Source: Chlorobium sp. (GTDB taxonomy: Bacteria; Bacteroidota; Chlorobiia; Chlorobiales; Chlorobiaceae). Taken from it: a stretch of DNA of 64,000 nucleotides. How positions within the stretch are numbered: position 1 is the first letter of the stretch; the number at the start of each line of letters is the position of its first letter. The notes under the pieces are model-generated. The model searched no databases, was not told where the DNA came from, and saw only the letters and a list, made by a program, of their open reading frames with translations. Of this stretch, positions 27,999-39,512 are shown piece by piece. The stretch spans positions 3,220-67,219 of the forward strand of contig JBMOIS010000010.1 in the NCBI GenBank assembly GCA_049317185.1. The letters run 5' to 3'. The position numbers and the translations under genes are program-made.

Positions 27999-30959
27999 TT
28001 AATAGCCAAAAATATCATTAACCTTCAGCTCTTTAACGGTTCCGTATTTCCGCAGGGTTTCCATATCAAGATTTTCTTTTTTGCCCAGCACCAGCATCAC
28101 ATGCCTTTTGTTGCCGAAATGCTTGCTGTGGAATTTTTCGATATCGCTGAGGCTCATCTGCGCCGTATCATGATAAATTTCCTTTCTGATATCTTTGTCG
28201 TGTCCGAGCCGGACAGCCTCTTCGTAATTGAAAAGAATCTCGGTTTTTGTCAGCCGTTCGGTTGAAATTTTCTGTTGAATGCCGTTTTGTGCCGAAGCAA
28301 ACAGTTTCGGTGACTTTGGCAGTTCTTTCATCAGGAGGCTGATACCTTCAAGCGCTTCGGGCAGCTTGTCAGCCTGGGTGCCGATGTAACTGACAATATA
28401 GTTGTGCTCTTTCTTTTGTTTCGGTGTCTTGTATACCGAAAATACAGAGTATGCCAGGGCTTTTGCTTCCCGCAGTTCCTGGAAGACCACCGATGACATG
28501 CCCCCTCCGTAATATTCGTTAAAGAGGGTTGCAATGGGGAGGATGGATGGATTGTAGAGTTCGTCTCTCGTCAACAGAATAACCTCGGCCTGTGTCATAT
28601 CGTAATCAACGAAATAGACAAGATTATCGGCTTGTTCCAGATCCTTGAAGGGGTCGTTTGTTGGCGGAGTTGTAAACGATTCCGGATAGTGCCGAACCGT
28701 GCGAAGTTCACCAAGCATCTCATGCATAGAGGCAGGACCGTAATAGAGTACCCGATGGTTGTACTGCAAAAGCGTTCGTATCTCTTCAAGCAGCTCTTTG
28801 GAGGTGACTTTATCAAGCTCACTGTTGTTCAGCACATTGGTGAAAGGCGAGACAGATCCGTACTTGCCGTAACTCGTCATAGCTTCAAAGAGTATCTTTT
28901 TCTTGGAGAGCTTGTCATCTGCCCGCTCTTTCATCACGCCGGCTTTAAGATTTTCAAGAGCCTCCTCATCAGGTCGGGTATCGACGAGAAGTTTTTCAAG
29001 CAGTCGAATTGCGGCTGCGGAATTTTTTTGAAGTCCTGAAAGTTTCAGGTAGACGTAATTATCAGCGGTAAATGCCGAAAAGCTTGAACCGATTTTATAA
29101 AGTTCCTGGCTGAACTCTTTGGGGGTGAGGTCGGAAGTGCCGAGATAGGAGAGGTAGTCGAGCGCAAGATCGATTTTTTTGCTGTTATTTTTTCCGATAT
29201 CAAAGACGTAATAGAGCGAGTAGAGCTCGTTTTCGCTGTTTTGCACATAATGCAGCTTGACGGAGGGATTGACATCAGCAAAACCGATATCCTTTTTATA
29301 ATCAAGAAAAACGGGTTTGGTTTTTTCTGATTTCCTGGCCAGGAGTTGTTCCGCAAAAGGTGACGAGGTATCCCGATTTACCTTGAGAGGGGTGATCGGT
29401 GGCTTCTGGATTTTAGTTTCACTTATTGGTGTGCCGTGCTCTTTGTAGACGGCCACATAATTTGAATGGTAATACTTCCGGGCAAACGCTATAACCTCCT
29501 CTTTTGTGATTTTCCGGAGGCGCTCGATCTGGCTGACATGCTCTGACCAGGGCATTCCCCATACGAATGCGTCAACATAGGCCTCAACCCTTCCATGGTT
29601 GGTTTCGTAGAGTTTCAGTTGCTCGATTTTCAGGTCATTGATTGCCGCCTCCAGGAGCCAGTCAGGAAACTTCCCCTCTTTGAGAAGTTCAATCTGTTTG
29701 AGCAGATTATCCTTGACTTCGTCCAGACTTTGGCCTTCTCTGGGTTTTCCACTCAAAATATGGGTGGAGTAGTCTTTCATCATAATCAGCATCGAACCGG
29801 CATCAAGGACTTTCTGTTGCTGGTTCAGGTTAAGGTCAATCAGACCGGCTGTCTGGTTGAACAAAACCTTGTCGACCAGTGTCAGGTAATCGGCATCAGA
29901 GCTGTTGACTCCATTAAACCGGAATCCAATGACCAGCTCTTCAGATTCAGGACCCTTGACCTTGATGACCGAGGGTTTCGTGATATCCTCTTCAACAGCA
30001 GGCGTAAACGGAGGGATCGCTTTTGGTTCCAGCACTGAAAACTTTTCGTCAATCAGTTTGATCGTTTTCTCAGGATCAAAATCACCGGCAATACAGAGAG
30101 CCATATTGTTCGGCACATAATGGGTGCGGTAGTAATCGACAACATTTTTGATTGAGGGGTTTTTCAGGTGCTCGGCCTTGCCGATGGTGGTTTGGGTACC
30201 GTAAGTGTGTTTTTTAAAAAGTCCGGCAAAAAGATTTTCCCATATCTTGCGGCTGTCACTGTCCATGGTCATGTTTTTCTCTTCATAGACGGTTTCAAGT
30301 TCGGTATGAAAGAGCCGCATAACCGGATTGCGGAACCGTTCAGCTTCGATGGTCAGCCACTGGTCAAATTTGTTTGACGGAATATCATTGACATAGACGG
30401 TCTGTTCGACCCAGGTGTAGGCATTGGTGCCTTGTGCGCCTATTGAGCTGAGCAATTTGTCATATTCATTGGGTACGGTATAGCCTGCGGCCGCGTTGGA
30501 GAGTGAGTCGATTTTTTTGTAGATTGCCGTCCTCTTCTCAATATTGGCAGTTGAACGGTACTGTTCGTAAAGTTCTGTAATCTTTTCAAGTTCGACGTGC
30601 TCCTTTTCGTAGTCAAGCGAGCCAAGGGAATCGGTTCCCTTGAAGAGCATGTGCTCAAGATAGTGCGCAAGACCGGTGGTCTCTGCCGGGTCATTCTTGC
30701 TGCCAGCCCGTACTGCCACCGAGGTGTAGATTCTTGGTTCGTCATGATAGGGGCTCATGTAGACGGTCAGCCCGTTTTTGAGCGTATAAATTCTTGTGTG
30801 GAGGGAATCGCCGGGAACTGTCGAGTATGGGTAAGGGCTGGTTTCGTGCTTGTTCATAATGGGCGTACAGGAGATTAAATGCAAAAAAAGTATCCCGATG
30901 ACAAGCACAGGAATACGGCGGTTCTTGGGTAATACGGATTGAAAAGTATCTGGCATCAA
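27999..30959 (-). CDS. M16 family zinc metallopeptidase, probable lipoprotein
   Basis: [14 protein letters not shown] (HxxEH), [10 protein letters not shown], and a lipobox-like LISC after a hydrophobic stretch. Confidence 0.9.
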   Translation of the reverse strand: MMPDTFQSVLPKNRRIPVLVIGILFLHLISCTPIMNKHETSPYPYSTVPGDSLHTRIYTLKNGLTVYMSPYHDEPRIYTSVAVRAGSKNDPAETTGLAHYLEHMLFKGTDSLGSLDYEKEHVELEKITELYEQYRSTANIEKRTAIYKKIDSLSNAAAGYTVPNEYDKLLSSIGAQGTNAYTWVEQTVYVNDIPSNKFDQWLTIEAERFRNPVMRLFHTELETVYEEKNMTMDSDSRKIWENLFAGLFKKHTYGTQTTIGKAEHLKNPSIKNVVDYYRTHYVPNNMALCIAGDFDPEKTIKLIDEKFSVLEPKAIPPFTPAVEEDITKPSVIKVKGPESEELVIGFRFNGVNSSDADYLTLVDKVLFNQTAGLIDLNLNQQQKVLDAGSMLIMMKDYSTHILSGKPREGQSLDEVKDNLLKQIELLKEGKFPDWLLEAAINDLKIEQLKLYETNHGRVEAYVDAFVWGMPWSEHVSQIERLRKITKEEVIAFARKYYHSNYVAVYKEHGTPISETKIQKPPITPLKVNRDTSSPFAEQLLARKSEKTKPVFLDYKKDIGFADVNPSVKLHYVQNSENELYSLYYVFDIGKNNSKKIDLALDYLSYLGTSDLTPKEFSQELYKIGSSFSAFTADNYVYLKLSGLQKNSAAAIRLLEKLLVDTRPDEEALENLKAGVMKERADDKLSKKKILFEAMTSYGKYGSVSPFTNVLNNSELDKVTSKELLEEIRTLLQYNHRVLYYGPASMHEMLGELRTVRHYPESFTTPPTNDPFKDLEQADNLVYFVDYDMTQAEVILLTRDELYNPSILPIATLFNEYYGGGMSSVVFQELREAKALAYSVFSVYKTPKQKKEHNYIVSYIGTQADKLPEALEGISLLMKELPKSPKLFASAQNGIQQKISTERLTKTEILFNYEEAVRLGHDKDIRKEIYHDTAQMSLSDIEKFHSKHFGNKRHVMLVLGKKENLDMETLRKYGTVKELKVNDIFGY

Positions 30960-31193
30960 AAAAAGATAATAATGGGATTAAAAGCACATAATTGCAACCA
31001 GGGCAAGAGCTTTTTTAACATGAACGGATGTTTATTCATAAAGCATTTGCCAACAGGGTACAGCCTTCCGTTCCCAATGTTAACTATATTCTTGGGCAAG
31101 AACTAACAAAGCGCATTAATAGTTCTATTTACAGAGCCATAAGGTGCAGAAAAGGGGTGTACAGAAATAATTTCAAAAAGAGGAACGTTGTTT

Positions 31194-33248
31194 ATGCAAG
31201 AGTGTATTGGCGGAACATACAGGCTTGTGAGCCCTTACAGTCCGGCAGGTGACCAGCCGAAGGCCATTGATGCGCTCCGTGAAGGTGTACTGTCTGGCAA
31301 TCCTTACCAGACGTTGCTTGGAGTGACCGGTTCCGGCAAAACCTTTACCATCTCCAACGTCATTACCCAGGTCAACAAGCCGGTGCTGGTGATGAGCCAT
31401 AACAAGACTCTTGCAGCGCAGCTCTACGGTGAGCTCAAGCAGTTTTTTCCTGACAATGCGGTCGAGTATTTTATCAGCTATTACGATTTTTATCAGCCCG
31501 AAGCGTATCTCCCTGCACTCGACAAATATATTGCCAAGGATCTGCGTATCAACGATGAGATTGAACGGCTTCGGCTGAAGGCCACCAGCGCCTTGCTGAG
31601 CGGCAGGAAGGATGTTATTGTGGTGAGTTCAGTCAGTTGTATTTACGGACTGGGTTCACCTGAAGACTGGAAAGCGCAGATTATTGAACTGCGCTCCGGA
31701 ATGGAAAAGGATCGGGATCTCTTTTTGAAAGAGCTGATTGCCCTCCACTACATTCGTGATGATGTGCAGCCCACCTCCGGCAAGTTTCGGGTAAGGGGTG
31801 ACATTATCGATCTTGTTCCTGCACATGAAGAGCTTGCCCTCAGAATCGAGTTTTTTGGCTCCGAAATTGAAAGCATCCATACTTTTGATATTCACAGCGG
31901 GGAGGTGCTCGGTGTTGATGATTACGCCTTTATCTACCCGGCCCGGCAGTTTGTTGCCGATGAGGAGAAGCTCAAGGTGGCGATGCTCGCAATTGAAAAC
32001 GAACTTGCGGAGAGGTTGAACTATTACCGGTCAGAAAACCGCTTTCTCGAAGCACGCAGGATAGAAGAGCGCACCCGCTACGATCTTGAGATGATGAAAG
32101 AGCTTGGCTACTGCTCCGGCATTGAGAATTACTCTCGCCATCTTTCAGGACGCCCTGCCGGGGAGCGCCCCATCTGCCTCCTCGACTATTTCCCGGAGGA
32201 GTATCTGGTGGTGATTGATGAGTCGCATGTGACACTGCCACAGATACGCGGGATGTACGGTGGCGATCGGTCACGCAAAACCATTCTGGTCGAACATGGC
32301 TTCAGGCTCCCTTCGGCGCTCGATAACCGGCCGCTCCGCTTCGAGGAGTTTGAGTCCATGGTGCCACAGGTTATCTGTGTCAGCGCTACCCCGAGTGAAC
32401 ATGAACTGCTTCGTTCCGGTGGAGTGGTGGTCGAGCAGCTTGTTCGTCCTACCGGTCTGCTTGACCCGCCGGTGGAAGTGCGTCCGGTAAAAGGGCAGAT
32501 CGACAACCTTCTGGCAGAAATCCGCATCCATACGGCAAAAGGCCATAAGGTGCTGGTGATGACCCTGACCAAAAGAATGTCTGAAGACCTGCATGACTTT
32601 TTCAGAAAGACGGGTATCCGTTCGCGATATCTGCATTCGGAGATCAAAAGTCTGGAGCGGATGCAGATTCTCAGGGAACTCAGGACTGGAGATATTGATG
32701 TGCTTGTCGGTGTCAACCTTCTGCGCGAAGGTCTTGATCTTCCGGAAGTATCTCTTGTTGCCATTCTTGATGCCGACAAGGAGGGCTTTTTGCGCAACAC
32801 CCGTTCATTGATGCAGATTGCCGGCAGGGCCGCCCGCAATCTTGACGGATTTGTGGTGCTCTATGCTGATGTGATTACCCGATCCATCCGTGAAGTGCTT
32901 GACGAAACCACAAGACGTCGCACCATTCAGCAGCAATACAACGAAGAGCATGGCATTACGCCGCGTTCAATCATAAAGTCAGTTGAGCAGATTCTTGATA
33001 CCACAGGGGTTGCTGATGCGGAGGAGCGTTATCGCAGAAGGCGTTTCGGTCTCGAGCCCAAACCGGAAAGGGTGCTTGCCGGTCTTGTTGACACCTTGAC
33101 CCCCGAGGCTGGTTATGCCATGGCGGCAGAACTTCGGCTTGAAATGCAGGAGGCTGCCGTTCAGATGGAGTATGAGAAAGCCGCCTGTCTGCGTGATGAG
33201 ATCAGCAAGCTGGAGCAGGTGTTGAAACGACAGCAAACAGGGGAATGA
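31194..33248 (+). CDS. uvrB: Excinuclease ABC subunit B
   Basis: [41 protein letters not shown]-terminal UVR domain. Confidence 0.98.
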   Translation: MQECIGGTYRLVSPYSPAGDQPKAIDALREGVLSGNPYQTLLGVTGSGKTFTISNVITQVNKPVLVMSHNKTLAAQLYGELKQFFPDNAVEYFISYYDFYQPEAYLPALDKYIAKDLRINDEIERLRLKATSALLSGRKDVIVVSSVSCIYGLGSPEDWKAQIIELRSGMEKDRDLFLKELIALHYIRDDVQPTSGKFRVRGDIIDLVPAHEELALRIEFFGSEIESIHTFDIHSGEVLGVDDYAFIYPARQFVADEEKLKVAMLAIENELAERLNYYRSENRFLEARRIEERTRYDLEMMKELGYCSGIENYSRHLSGRPAGERPICLLDYFPEEYLVVIDESHVTLPQIRGMYGGDRSRKTILVEHGFRLPSALDNRPLRFEEFESMVPQVICVSATPSEHELLRSGGVVVEQLVRPTGLLDPPVEVRPVKGQIDNLLAEIRIHTAKGHKVLVMTLTKRMSEDLHDFFRKTGIRSRYLHSEIKSLERMQILRELRTGDIDVLVGVNLLREGLDLPEVSLVAILDADKEGFLRNTRSLMQIAGRAARNLDGFVVLYADVITRSIREVLDETTRRRTIQQQYNEEHGITPRSIIKSVEQILDTTGVADAEERYRRRRFGLEPKPERVLAGLVDTLTPEAGYAMAAELRLEMQEAAVQMEYEKAACLRDEISKLEQVLKRQQTGE

Positions 33249-33350
33249 TTTTTTCTGCTGTTTGTTTCGTTGCGGAAAACTACATTATAGCGTGACAGGG
33301 GTATAATACTTCCTTTTATTTACTATGCCATTCACTCCATTTTGTTTTCA

Positions 33351-35558
33351 ATGTTAGCACAGATAGGAAAGGACCATTACAATAAACTCAATGAGATTCT
33401 CCAGCTCTCCCACAAGAATCTCAAAAATTTTGATGAATCGCTGATTCAGCGGGCTTTTTTTATGTGCTATCGGGCTCATGAGGGAGAAAAGAGGGCTTCA
33501 GGAGAGCCTTTTTTCTTCCATCCGGTCGAAGTTGCCACCATTCTGCTCAATGAACTTCCCCTCGATGGCGTTTCCGTGGCGGCGGCACTGCTGCATGATG
33601 TTATTGAGGATAGTGGCTATACTTACGAAGACATTGTCGCCGAACTGGGGGTTGAGGTAGCAGATATTGTTGAAGGGCTCACCAAGATCTCCGGCATCAT
33701 GATTAACCGTGAGAATACCCAGGCGGAAGGCTTTCGCAAGATGCTGCTCTCTATGGTCAAGGATATCAGGGTTATTCTCATCAAGTTCTGCGACCGTCTG
33801 CACAACATGAGGACGCTTGAGTCACTCCCGGAGCACCGCCGTCTGAAAATTGCTCTTGAGACCCGGGATATCTATGCTCCTCTTGCGCACCGGTTTGGCC
33901 TTGGAAAAATGAAGGTTGAGTTCGAAAATCTTGCGCTCAAGTTTATCGATCCGGAAATGCACGATTTTCTGCAGCAAAAAATTCTTATGGGCAAGGGAGA
34001 TCGGGTCAATTACCTCAGCAAAATGATTGTGCCGATCAAAGCAGATCTTGAACAACAGGAGTTCAAGGTTGAGATACAGGGACGAGCCAAGCATCTTTTT
34101 TCGATATACAACAAGATGCGTAACAAGAACAAGAGCTTTGAGGATATTCACGATCTTTACGGTATCAGGGTGATTCTTGATACGGAGTGCATTGCCGAAT
34201 GCTTTTCAGTGTACGGATTTATCACACAGAAATATCCCCCGGTTCCACAGTATTTCAAGGACTATATCTCAATACCCAAGCATAATGGATATCAGTCACT
34301 TCATTCCGCAATTATCGGGCCAAAGGGCCACATGGTTGAACTGCAGATTCGTACCAAGCGCATGCATGAGTTTGCTGAACTTGGCGTAGCTGCCCATTGG
34401 AGATACAAGGAAAAAATTTCAAGGGATGATGTAAACATTGATTCTTTTCTTCGCTGGGCCAGAGAGTTGATCAAGGATGCTGATTCTGCCGCTGCATTTA
34501 TGGAGGGGTTCAAGCTCAACCTCTACCATGACGAGATCTACGTTTTTACTCCAAAAGGAGATATGAAAACAATGCCGGCAGGTGCCACGCCGATAGATTT
34601 TGCTTATGCCATTCATACTGAGGTCGGCAACGGCTGTATCGGGGCGAAGGTTAACGGCAAGATTGTTCGTCTGAACGCACAGCTCAAGTCCGGTGACCGG
34701 GTAGAGATTATTACCTCCAAAAATCAGAAGCCGAAAGCTGACTGGCTTAAAATAGTGGTAACACAGCGTGCCAAGCTTAAAATACGGTCGGCCATCAATG
34801 AGGATCGTCGTCTGCAGATTGAGAAAGGGCGAGGAATATGGGAAAAAATGCTTACTGGCACCAAAAAGCTTTTTTCGGATAGCGAAATTATTCAGCAGGT
34901 TAAAAAGTATGGCCTGAAAACTCCGGCAGATTTTTTCAGTGCTCTTGCAAGTCAGCAGATCGACGGAGAAGAGGTCATTGAGCGGGTTACAAGTTCCAAA
35001 AAGGAGGGACATGCAGCCAAAAGCATCAGTGATGAAGCTCGTGAGGTTGAAGAGTACCTTCAGATAGCCCGGCAGGAACAGGAACAACAGCAGCAGGGAA
35101 TGCCTGTAAAAAAGGATGAGGTAATTATTGCCGGTATGAGTAATATTGCCTATTCTTATGCGAAGTGCTGTCAGCCTGTTCCCGGTGATGACGTGCTCGG
35201 TTTTGTTTCAGCCGATGGTGTCGTAAAGATTCACCGAAAGAACTGCATTAATGTCAGTAATGAGAATCTGCTGAAAAGTGAGAGGGTTGTCTCGGTCTCA
35301 TGGAACCGTAAAGTTGAGACCGATTTTCTGGCGGGTATAAAAATTGTTGGTGAAGATCGTCTGGGTATCATGAACCAGCTCACGACAGTTATCTCCAAAT
35401 TTGATACTAATATCCGCAGCATTTCGTTGAACGCCCGTGACGGCATGTTTGTAGGCACCATGATGGTCTATGTTCGCAATGCCGAGAAGCTGAGCACTCT
35501 CATGGACAAGCTGAAAAAAGTACAGGGTATTTTTACCGTTGAACGGTTGATAAGCTGA
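33351..35558 (+). CDS. relA: Bifunctional (p)ppGpp synthetase/hydrolase (long RSH, Rel)
   Basis: Intact HD motif LLHDVIED, DRLHNMRT, synthetase YQSLH / ELQIRT, TGS, CC (AKCC) and ACT domains. Confidence 0.93.
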   Translation: MLAQIGKDHYNKLNEILQLSHKNLKNFDESLIQRAFFMCYRAHEGEKRASGEPFFFHPVEVATILLNELPLDGVSVAAALLHDVIEDSGYTYEDIVAELGVEVADIVEGLTKISGIMINRENTQAEGFRKMLLSMVKDIRVILIKFCDRLHNMRTLESLPEHRRLKIALETRDIYAPLAHRFGLGKMKVEFENLALKFIDPEMHDFLQQKILMGKGDRVNYLSKMIVPIKADLEQQEFKVEIQGRAKHLFSIYNKMRNKNKSFEDIHDLYGIRVILDTECIAECFSVYGFITQKYPPVPQYFKDYISIPKHNGYQSLHSAIIGPKGHMVELQIRTKRMHEFAELGVAAHWRYKEKISRDDVNIDSFLRWARELIKDADSAAAFMEGFKLNLYHDEIYVFTPKGDMKTMPAGATPIDFAYAIHTEVGNGCIGAKVNGKIVRLNAQLKSGDRVEIITSKNQKPKADWLKIVVTQRAKLKIRSAINEDRRLQIEKGRGIWEKMLTGTKKLFSDSEIIQQVKKYGLKTPADFFSALASQQIDGEEVIERVTSSKKEGHAAKSISDEAREVEEYLQIARQEQEQQQQGMPVKKDEVIIAGMSNIAYSYAKCCQPVPGDDVLGFVSADGVVKIHRKNCINVSNENLLKSERVVSVSWNRKVETDFLAGIKIVGEDRLGIMNQLTTVISKFDTNIRSISLNARDGMFVGTMMVYVRNAEKLSTLMDKLKKVQGIFTVERLIS

Positions 35559-35630
35559 AGGGGGAAGATCCTGGAAAAAGATGTATCTATTTTTTTAATT
35601 GAAAATGCAATTTAACAGTAGGAGACAATT

Positions 35631-36218
35631 ATGAAATATTCAATGGCAAGATTTCTGGCTTTTTTGCTTTTTTTCAGCACACTCTACGGATGCGGATACA
35701 ACAGTATTCAGCAGAATGAGGAGGCGGTAAACCGTTCATGGGGCGATCTTGGGTCACAGTTGCAGCGACGGGCCGATCTTGTTCCCAATCTTGTGGCAAC
35801 CGTCAAGGGTGCTGCTAACTTTGAAAAGGAGACACTGACGGCAGTGGTGGAAGCAAGGGCAAAAGCCACCTCAATTCAGCTTACTCCCGCCATGCTCAGC
35901 GATCCGGCGGCTATGGCAAAATTCGGAAACGCCCAAGGTGGTCTCTCTTCAAGCCTTTCGCGCCTGATGGTGGCCGTTGAGCGCTATCCGGAACTCCGGG
36001 CCAACCAGAACTTCCGCGATCTTCAGAATCAGCTTGAAGGAACTGAAAATCGTATCAGCGTGGCTCGGCAGCGCTATAATGTTGCTGTTGAGACGTTTAA
36101 CTTTTCCATCAGGCAATTTCCAAACTCCATGACCAACAGTTTTCTGCTGAAACTGAAAGCCAAAGAGTATTTCAAGGCCGATGAAGCAGCCAAAACTGTG
36201 CCGTCGGTTAAATTCTGA
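35631..36218 (+). CDS. lemA: LemA family protein (lipoprotein-type)
   Basis: [42 protein letters not shown]. Confidence 0.93.
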   Translation: MKYSMARFLAFLLFFSTLYGCGYNSIQQNEEAVNRSWGDLGSQLQRRADLVPNLVATVKGAANFEKETLTAVVEARAKATSIQLTPAMLSDPAAMAKFGNAQGGLSSSLSRLMVAVERYPELRANQNFRDLQNQLEGTENRISVARQRYNVAVETFNFSIRQFPNSMTNSFLLKLKAKEYFKADEAAKTVPSVKF

Positions 36219-36232
36219 CAGAATAAATTGCT

Positions 36233-36985
36233 ATGAAATTATTGACTAAATCCGGGTTGAGGTTTTGGCTCTTTTTGTTGGTGGCGCTGCTGCCGTTTGT
36301 ACCGATCAGCAGGCTCATGGCAATCCCTGTCCCGGCACTTTCAGGAAGGATCAACGATTATGCTTCCATGATATCCGCTCCGGTAAAGGCGGATATTGAA
36401 GCAAAACTTCAGAAGCTTGAAGTTGCTGAATCAACACAGATTGTTATTCTTACCGTTCCCTCGCTTCAGGGCGACCCGGTTGAAGATTTTTCGATACGGG
36501 TGGCCGAAGCATGGAAAATTGGCCATAAAGGCTCCGACAACGGTGTGCTGCTCATTGTTTCAAGAGACGACCATAAAGTGCGCATTGAGGTTGGCTACGG
36601 GCTGGAAGGCAAACTGACCGATCTTTTGGCAGGACGCATTATCAACGACGAAATTGTTCCGGCCTTCAAGGCAGGCCAGTTTGATGCGGGGTTTACCACA
36701 GGGGTTTCATCACTTGTTGCGGCAGTCCATGGAGAGTACAAGGGAGTGCCCCAGGCCAAACGAAAGAGCGGCAAGCCCTCATTTCCGCTCCTTACCATTA
36801 TTGTGCTGGTGATCTATTTTATAAGTCAGATTTTCAGGGGGCACCGGGGCGGTGGCGTGATGGCTAATGGCGGCTTTGGAGGCGGATTTTATGGTGGCAG
36901 CAGCTTTGGCGGAGGTGGTGGAGGTGGTGGCTTTGGTGGCGGAGGCGGTGGTTTTGGTGGTGGCGGAGCTTCAGGGAATTGGTAA
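36233..36985 (+). CDS. TPM (TLP18.3/Psb32/MOLO-1) domain protein with Gly-rich tail
   Basis: RINDYA, DNGVLL, RIEVGYGLEG, GGFGGGGASGNW tail. Confidence 0.92.
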   Translation: MKLLTKSGLRFWLFLLVALLPFVPISRLMAIPVPALSGRINDYASMISAPVKADIEAKLQKLEVAESTQIVILTVPSLQGDPVEDFSIRVAEAWKIGHKGSDNGVLLIVSRDDHKVRIEVGYGLEGKLTDLLAGRIINDEIVPAFKAGQFDAGFTTGVSSLVAAVHGEYKGVPQAKRKSGKPSFPLLTIIVLVIYFISQIFRGHRGGGVMANGGFGGGFYGGSSFGGGGGGGGFGGGGGGFGGGGASGNW

Positions 36986-37690
36986 ATGCCTGATAAATAT
37001 GAAATAAAAATGAGTAATTCAGCAGAAAAATTTCTTACAGCGGCGGAACGGCTTCAAATTGAGGGGCGTATCGCGGAGGCTGAAAAACGTACCTCGGGGG
37101 AAATCGTTGTGATGGTGGTTCCCTCCAGTTACCATTACCCTCTTGCATCCATGCTTGGTGGTTTGCTTCTGGCGATGCTCATCGCCATTGCTGCTACTTT
37201 CTATATTGAGACAGAGAGATTGATCGAGACGGAGAGATTGCTCGGCAAGGAGAGTATCTGGTTCTTTCCTGCCGTATTCGGTTTCTCGTTCATGCTCTTG
37301 CACGAACTGATCAAGCGAATCGCTTTCCTTAAACGACTTTTTGTTACCTTTTCCGACATGCAAGAGGAGGTCGAGGAGGCTGCCATTCAATCGTTTTATC
37401 AAAGGAATATCAATCGCACCGTTGACCATACCGGGCTTCTCATTTACATATCTCTTTTTGAGCGCAAAGTCCGTGTGGTTGCCGACCAGGGCATTAACGA
37501 AAAAGTTACCCAGGAGATCTGGCAGGGGATTGTCAACACTATTGTCCATGGTATTCGCGGAAAAGAGCATGGCAATGCCATTGCGGCGGCGGTTGATCAA
37601 TGTGCCGACATCCTTGCCAGCCATTTTCCGGTGAAAGCTGGTAATTTCAATGAACTGGCGAACGAGGTTATTATTGGCAGGGGAAAGTGA
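36986..37690 (+). CDS. TPM-domain membrane protein (second member of lemA-TPM-TPM cluster)
   Basis: IAEAEKRTSGEIVV, TGLLIYISLFERKVRVVADQGI, NELANEV. An alternative start is the ATG at 37010. Confidence 0.88.
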   Translation: MPDKYEIKMSNSAEKFLTAAERLQIEGRIAEAEKRTSGEIVVMVVPSSYHYPLASMLGGLLLAMLIAIAATFYIETERLIETERLLGKESIWFFPAVFGFSFMLLHELIKRIAFLKRLFVTFSDMQEEVEEAAIQSFYQRNINRTVDHTGLLIYISLFERKVRVVADQGINEKVTQEIWQGIVNTIVHGIRGKEHGNAIAAAVDQCADILASHFPVKAGNFNELANEVIIGRGK

Positions 37691-37707
37691 GTAAAATTTT
37701 TTGAGCT

Positions 37708-37976
37708 ATGCCAGTTATTTCAATGTTTTATGGGATCATTATACAGCTCTTGTTTTATGATAACAAGGAGCACAATCATCCTCATATTCATGCCAAATAT
37801 GGGGAGTTTGCCGCTGCTTTTGATATTGAAACGGCGGATATTTTAGCAGGGACTTTACCTTCTCGTCAAACAGGCTCGTGCAAGCCTGGATTGAAATCCA
37901 TCGAGATGAGCTCAATGCCGACTGGCAACTTTCGATTGATGGTCATGAAGTATTTAAAATTGAGCCTTTAAAGTGA
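37708..37976 (+). pseudogene. DUF4160 domain protein with a single-base frameshift
   Basis: The N-terminal half is MPVISMFYGIII...HNHPHIHAKYGE...LPSRQT. The family-typical C-terminus RLVQAWIEIHRDELNADWQL...FKIEPLK* is in the -1 frame from 37872 to TGA at 37974-37976. Confidence 0.85.
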
Positions 37977-37985
37977 GATCATTTT

Positions 37986-38291
37986 ATGCTTTGCAATGTT
38001 GTTGCTTTTGCTCCATTACATGATGGGCATTTATTTATTGAACTCAATAATGGTGAAACCGGAGTGTTTGATATGCGCCCTTACATGCGATCGAACTATT
38101 TTGCGTCATTGAAAAAGCCTGAATATTTCAATCAAGCCTTTCTTGAATATGGGGTTATTTCGTGGCCTGAAGGGCAAGATATTTCACCTGATACCATGCG
38201 CCTGGAAATGATTCTCCAGTCCTGCCCTGATGGCATTAAGCTTCACCAGAATAATGCTCATAATTCCAGTCAAGGTTGTCTGACCCAGTGA
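37986..38291 (+). CDS. DUF2442 domain protein (usual partner of DUF4160)
   Basis: LFIELNNGETGVFDM, FASLKKPEYF, ISWPEGQDISPDT. Confidence 0.85.
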   Translation: MLCNVVAFAPLHDGHLFIELNNGETGVFDMRPYMRSNYFASLKKPEYFNQAFLEYGVISWPEGQDISPDTMRLEMILQSCPDGIKLHQNNAHNSSQGCLTQ

Positions 38292-38377
38292 AAAAAATCA
38301 TTTTGATTTTCCGGTTTAAATGTTTTTTTACAGTCCGTTGTAACTTGTCTTCATAACCTCAGAAGAAAAGGGTCGTC

Positions 38378-39475
38378 ATGAAAAAAACTGCATTATACTC
38401 CTGGCATGAAAAGGCCGGAGCTAAAATTATTGACTTTGGTGGCTACCTCATGCCAGTTCAGTACACGGGAATTATCGCCGAGCATCATGCGGTGCGGAAT
38501 GCCGCAGGGCTTTTTGATGTATCGCACATGGGCAACTTTTATGTCAGGGGTCGCCTTGCCAAGGATTTTCTCCAGTTTATGACGACCAACGACCTTGACA
38601 AGGCGAAAGATGGCCAGGCGCAGTACAATCTCATGCTTTATCCCAATGGGGGTATTGTTGACGATCTGATTATTTATCGCATGGACAGTGAAACATTTTT
38701 TCTTATTGTCAATGCAAGCAATGCGCAGAAAGATTTTGAATGGTTGCAGCAGCATATCGTGGCTTTTGAAGGGGTTGAGCTTGAGGATCACACGGATCGT
38801 CTTTCACTGATTGCCCTGCAGGGTCCTTTTGCCATGACTATTTTTGCCCGGGTTTTTCCCGCACTTGATGTTAATTCTCTTGGCTCATTCCAGTTTTGCA
38901 AGTCTCTTTTTCAGGGGTCAGAAGTTATCATTGCCCGAACCGGCTATACCGGTGAAAAGGGTGTTGAACTTTGTTTACCCAATGAGGTTGCACTGCCGCT
39001 TTGGGAAGCCCTGTATGAAGCTGGCCGGGAGTACGGCATACAGCCAATTGGGCTGGGCGCACGCGACACCCTTAGGCTTGAAATGGGATACTCGCTTTAT
39101 GGTCATGAAATTGATCAGGATACCAATCCGCTTGAAGCACGATTGAAATGGGTGGTAAAGCTGAATAAAGGCCATTTTATCGGACGGGAAGCATGCCAGC
39201 AGGTTGAGCTTGATATGGAAAGAGGGGTTGCCGGTTTTATTCTTGATGGCAGGATCCTTCCGCGCCAGCATTTCAGGGTGTATAATACTGATCGTCAGGA
39301 AATTGGATGGGTATGCAGCGGTACTCTTTCGCCAACATTGCAGCAACCAGTTGGCACCTGTAATATCGTACGTGAATATATCGGACCAGGCACCCCGATT
39401 CTGGTTGAGGTTCGAGGAGGTTTTCATACTGGAGTGATAACTACTCTGCCGTTTGTTACAACCTCTTTGGGCTGA
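38378..39475 (+). CDS. gcvT: Glycine cleavage system aminomethyltransferase T
   Basis: FGGYLMPVQY, FDVSHMG, ARTGYTGEKG, GARDTLRLE. Confidence 0.97.
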   Translation: MKKTALYSWHEKAGAKIIDFGGYLMPVQYTGIIAEHHAVRNAAGLFDVSHMGNFYVRGRLAKDFLQFMTTNDLDKAKDGQAQYNLMLYPNGGIVDDLIIYRMDSETFFLIVNASNAQKDFEWLQQHIVAFEGVELEDHTDRLSLIALQGPFAMTIFARVFPALDVNSLGSFQFCKSLFQGSEVIIARTGYTGEKGVELCLPNEVALPLWEALYEAGREYGIQPIGLGARDTLRLEMGYSLYGHEIDQDTNPLEARLKWVVKLNKGHFIGREACQQVELDMERGVAGFILDGRILPRQHFRVYNTDRQEIGWVCSGTLSPTLQQPVGTCNIVREYIGPGTPILVEVRGGFHTGVITTLPFVTTSLG

Positions 39476-39512
39476 GAGCAACAAGGAATTAACGAGTGAC
39501 TGTACGGTGAAG

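Noticed and set aside
35075-35097. Gln-rich run QEQEQQQQ in RelA/SpoT
   Set aside because: It is short, in-frame, uses mixed codons and lies in a variable linker; there is no evidence of phase variation.
36845-36980. GGT/GGC/GGA-rich tandem-like sequence
   Set aside because: It encodes the normal Gly-rich tail of TPM proteins and is not a CRISPR array or an independent repeat.
37860-37880. Programmed ribosomal frameshift in DUF4160
   Set aside because: There is no slippery heptamer or obvious downstream stimulator; a mutational or sequencing indel is simpler.
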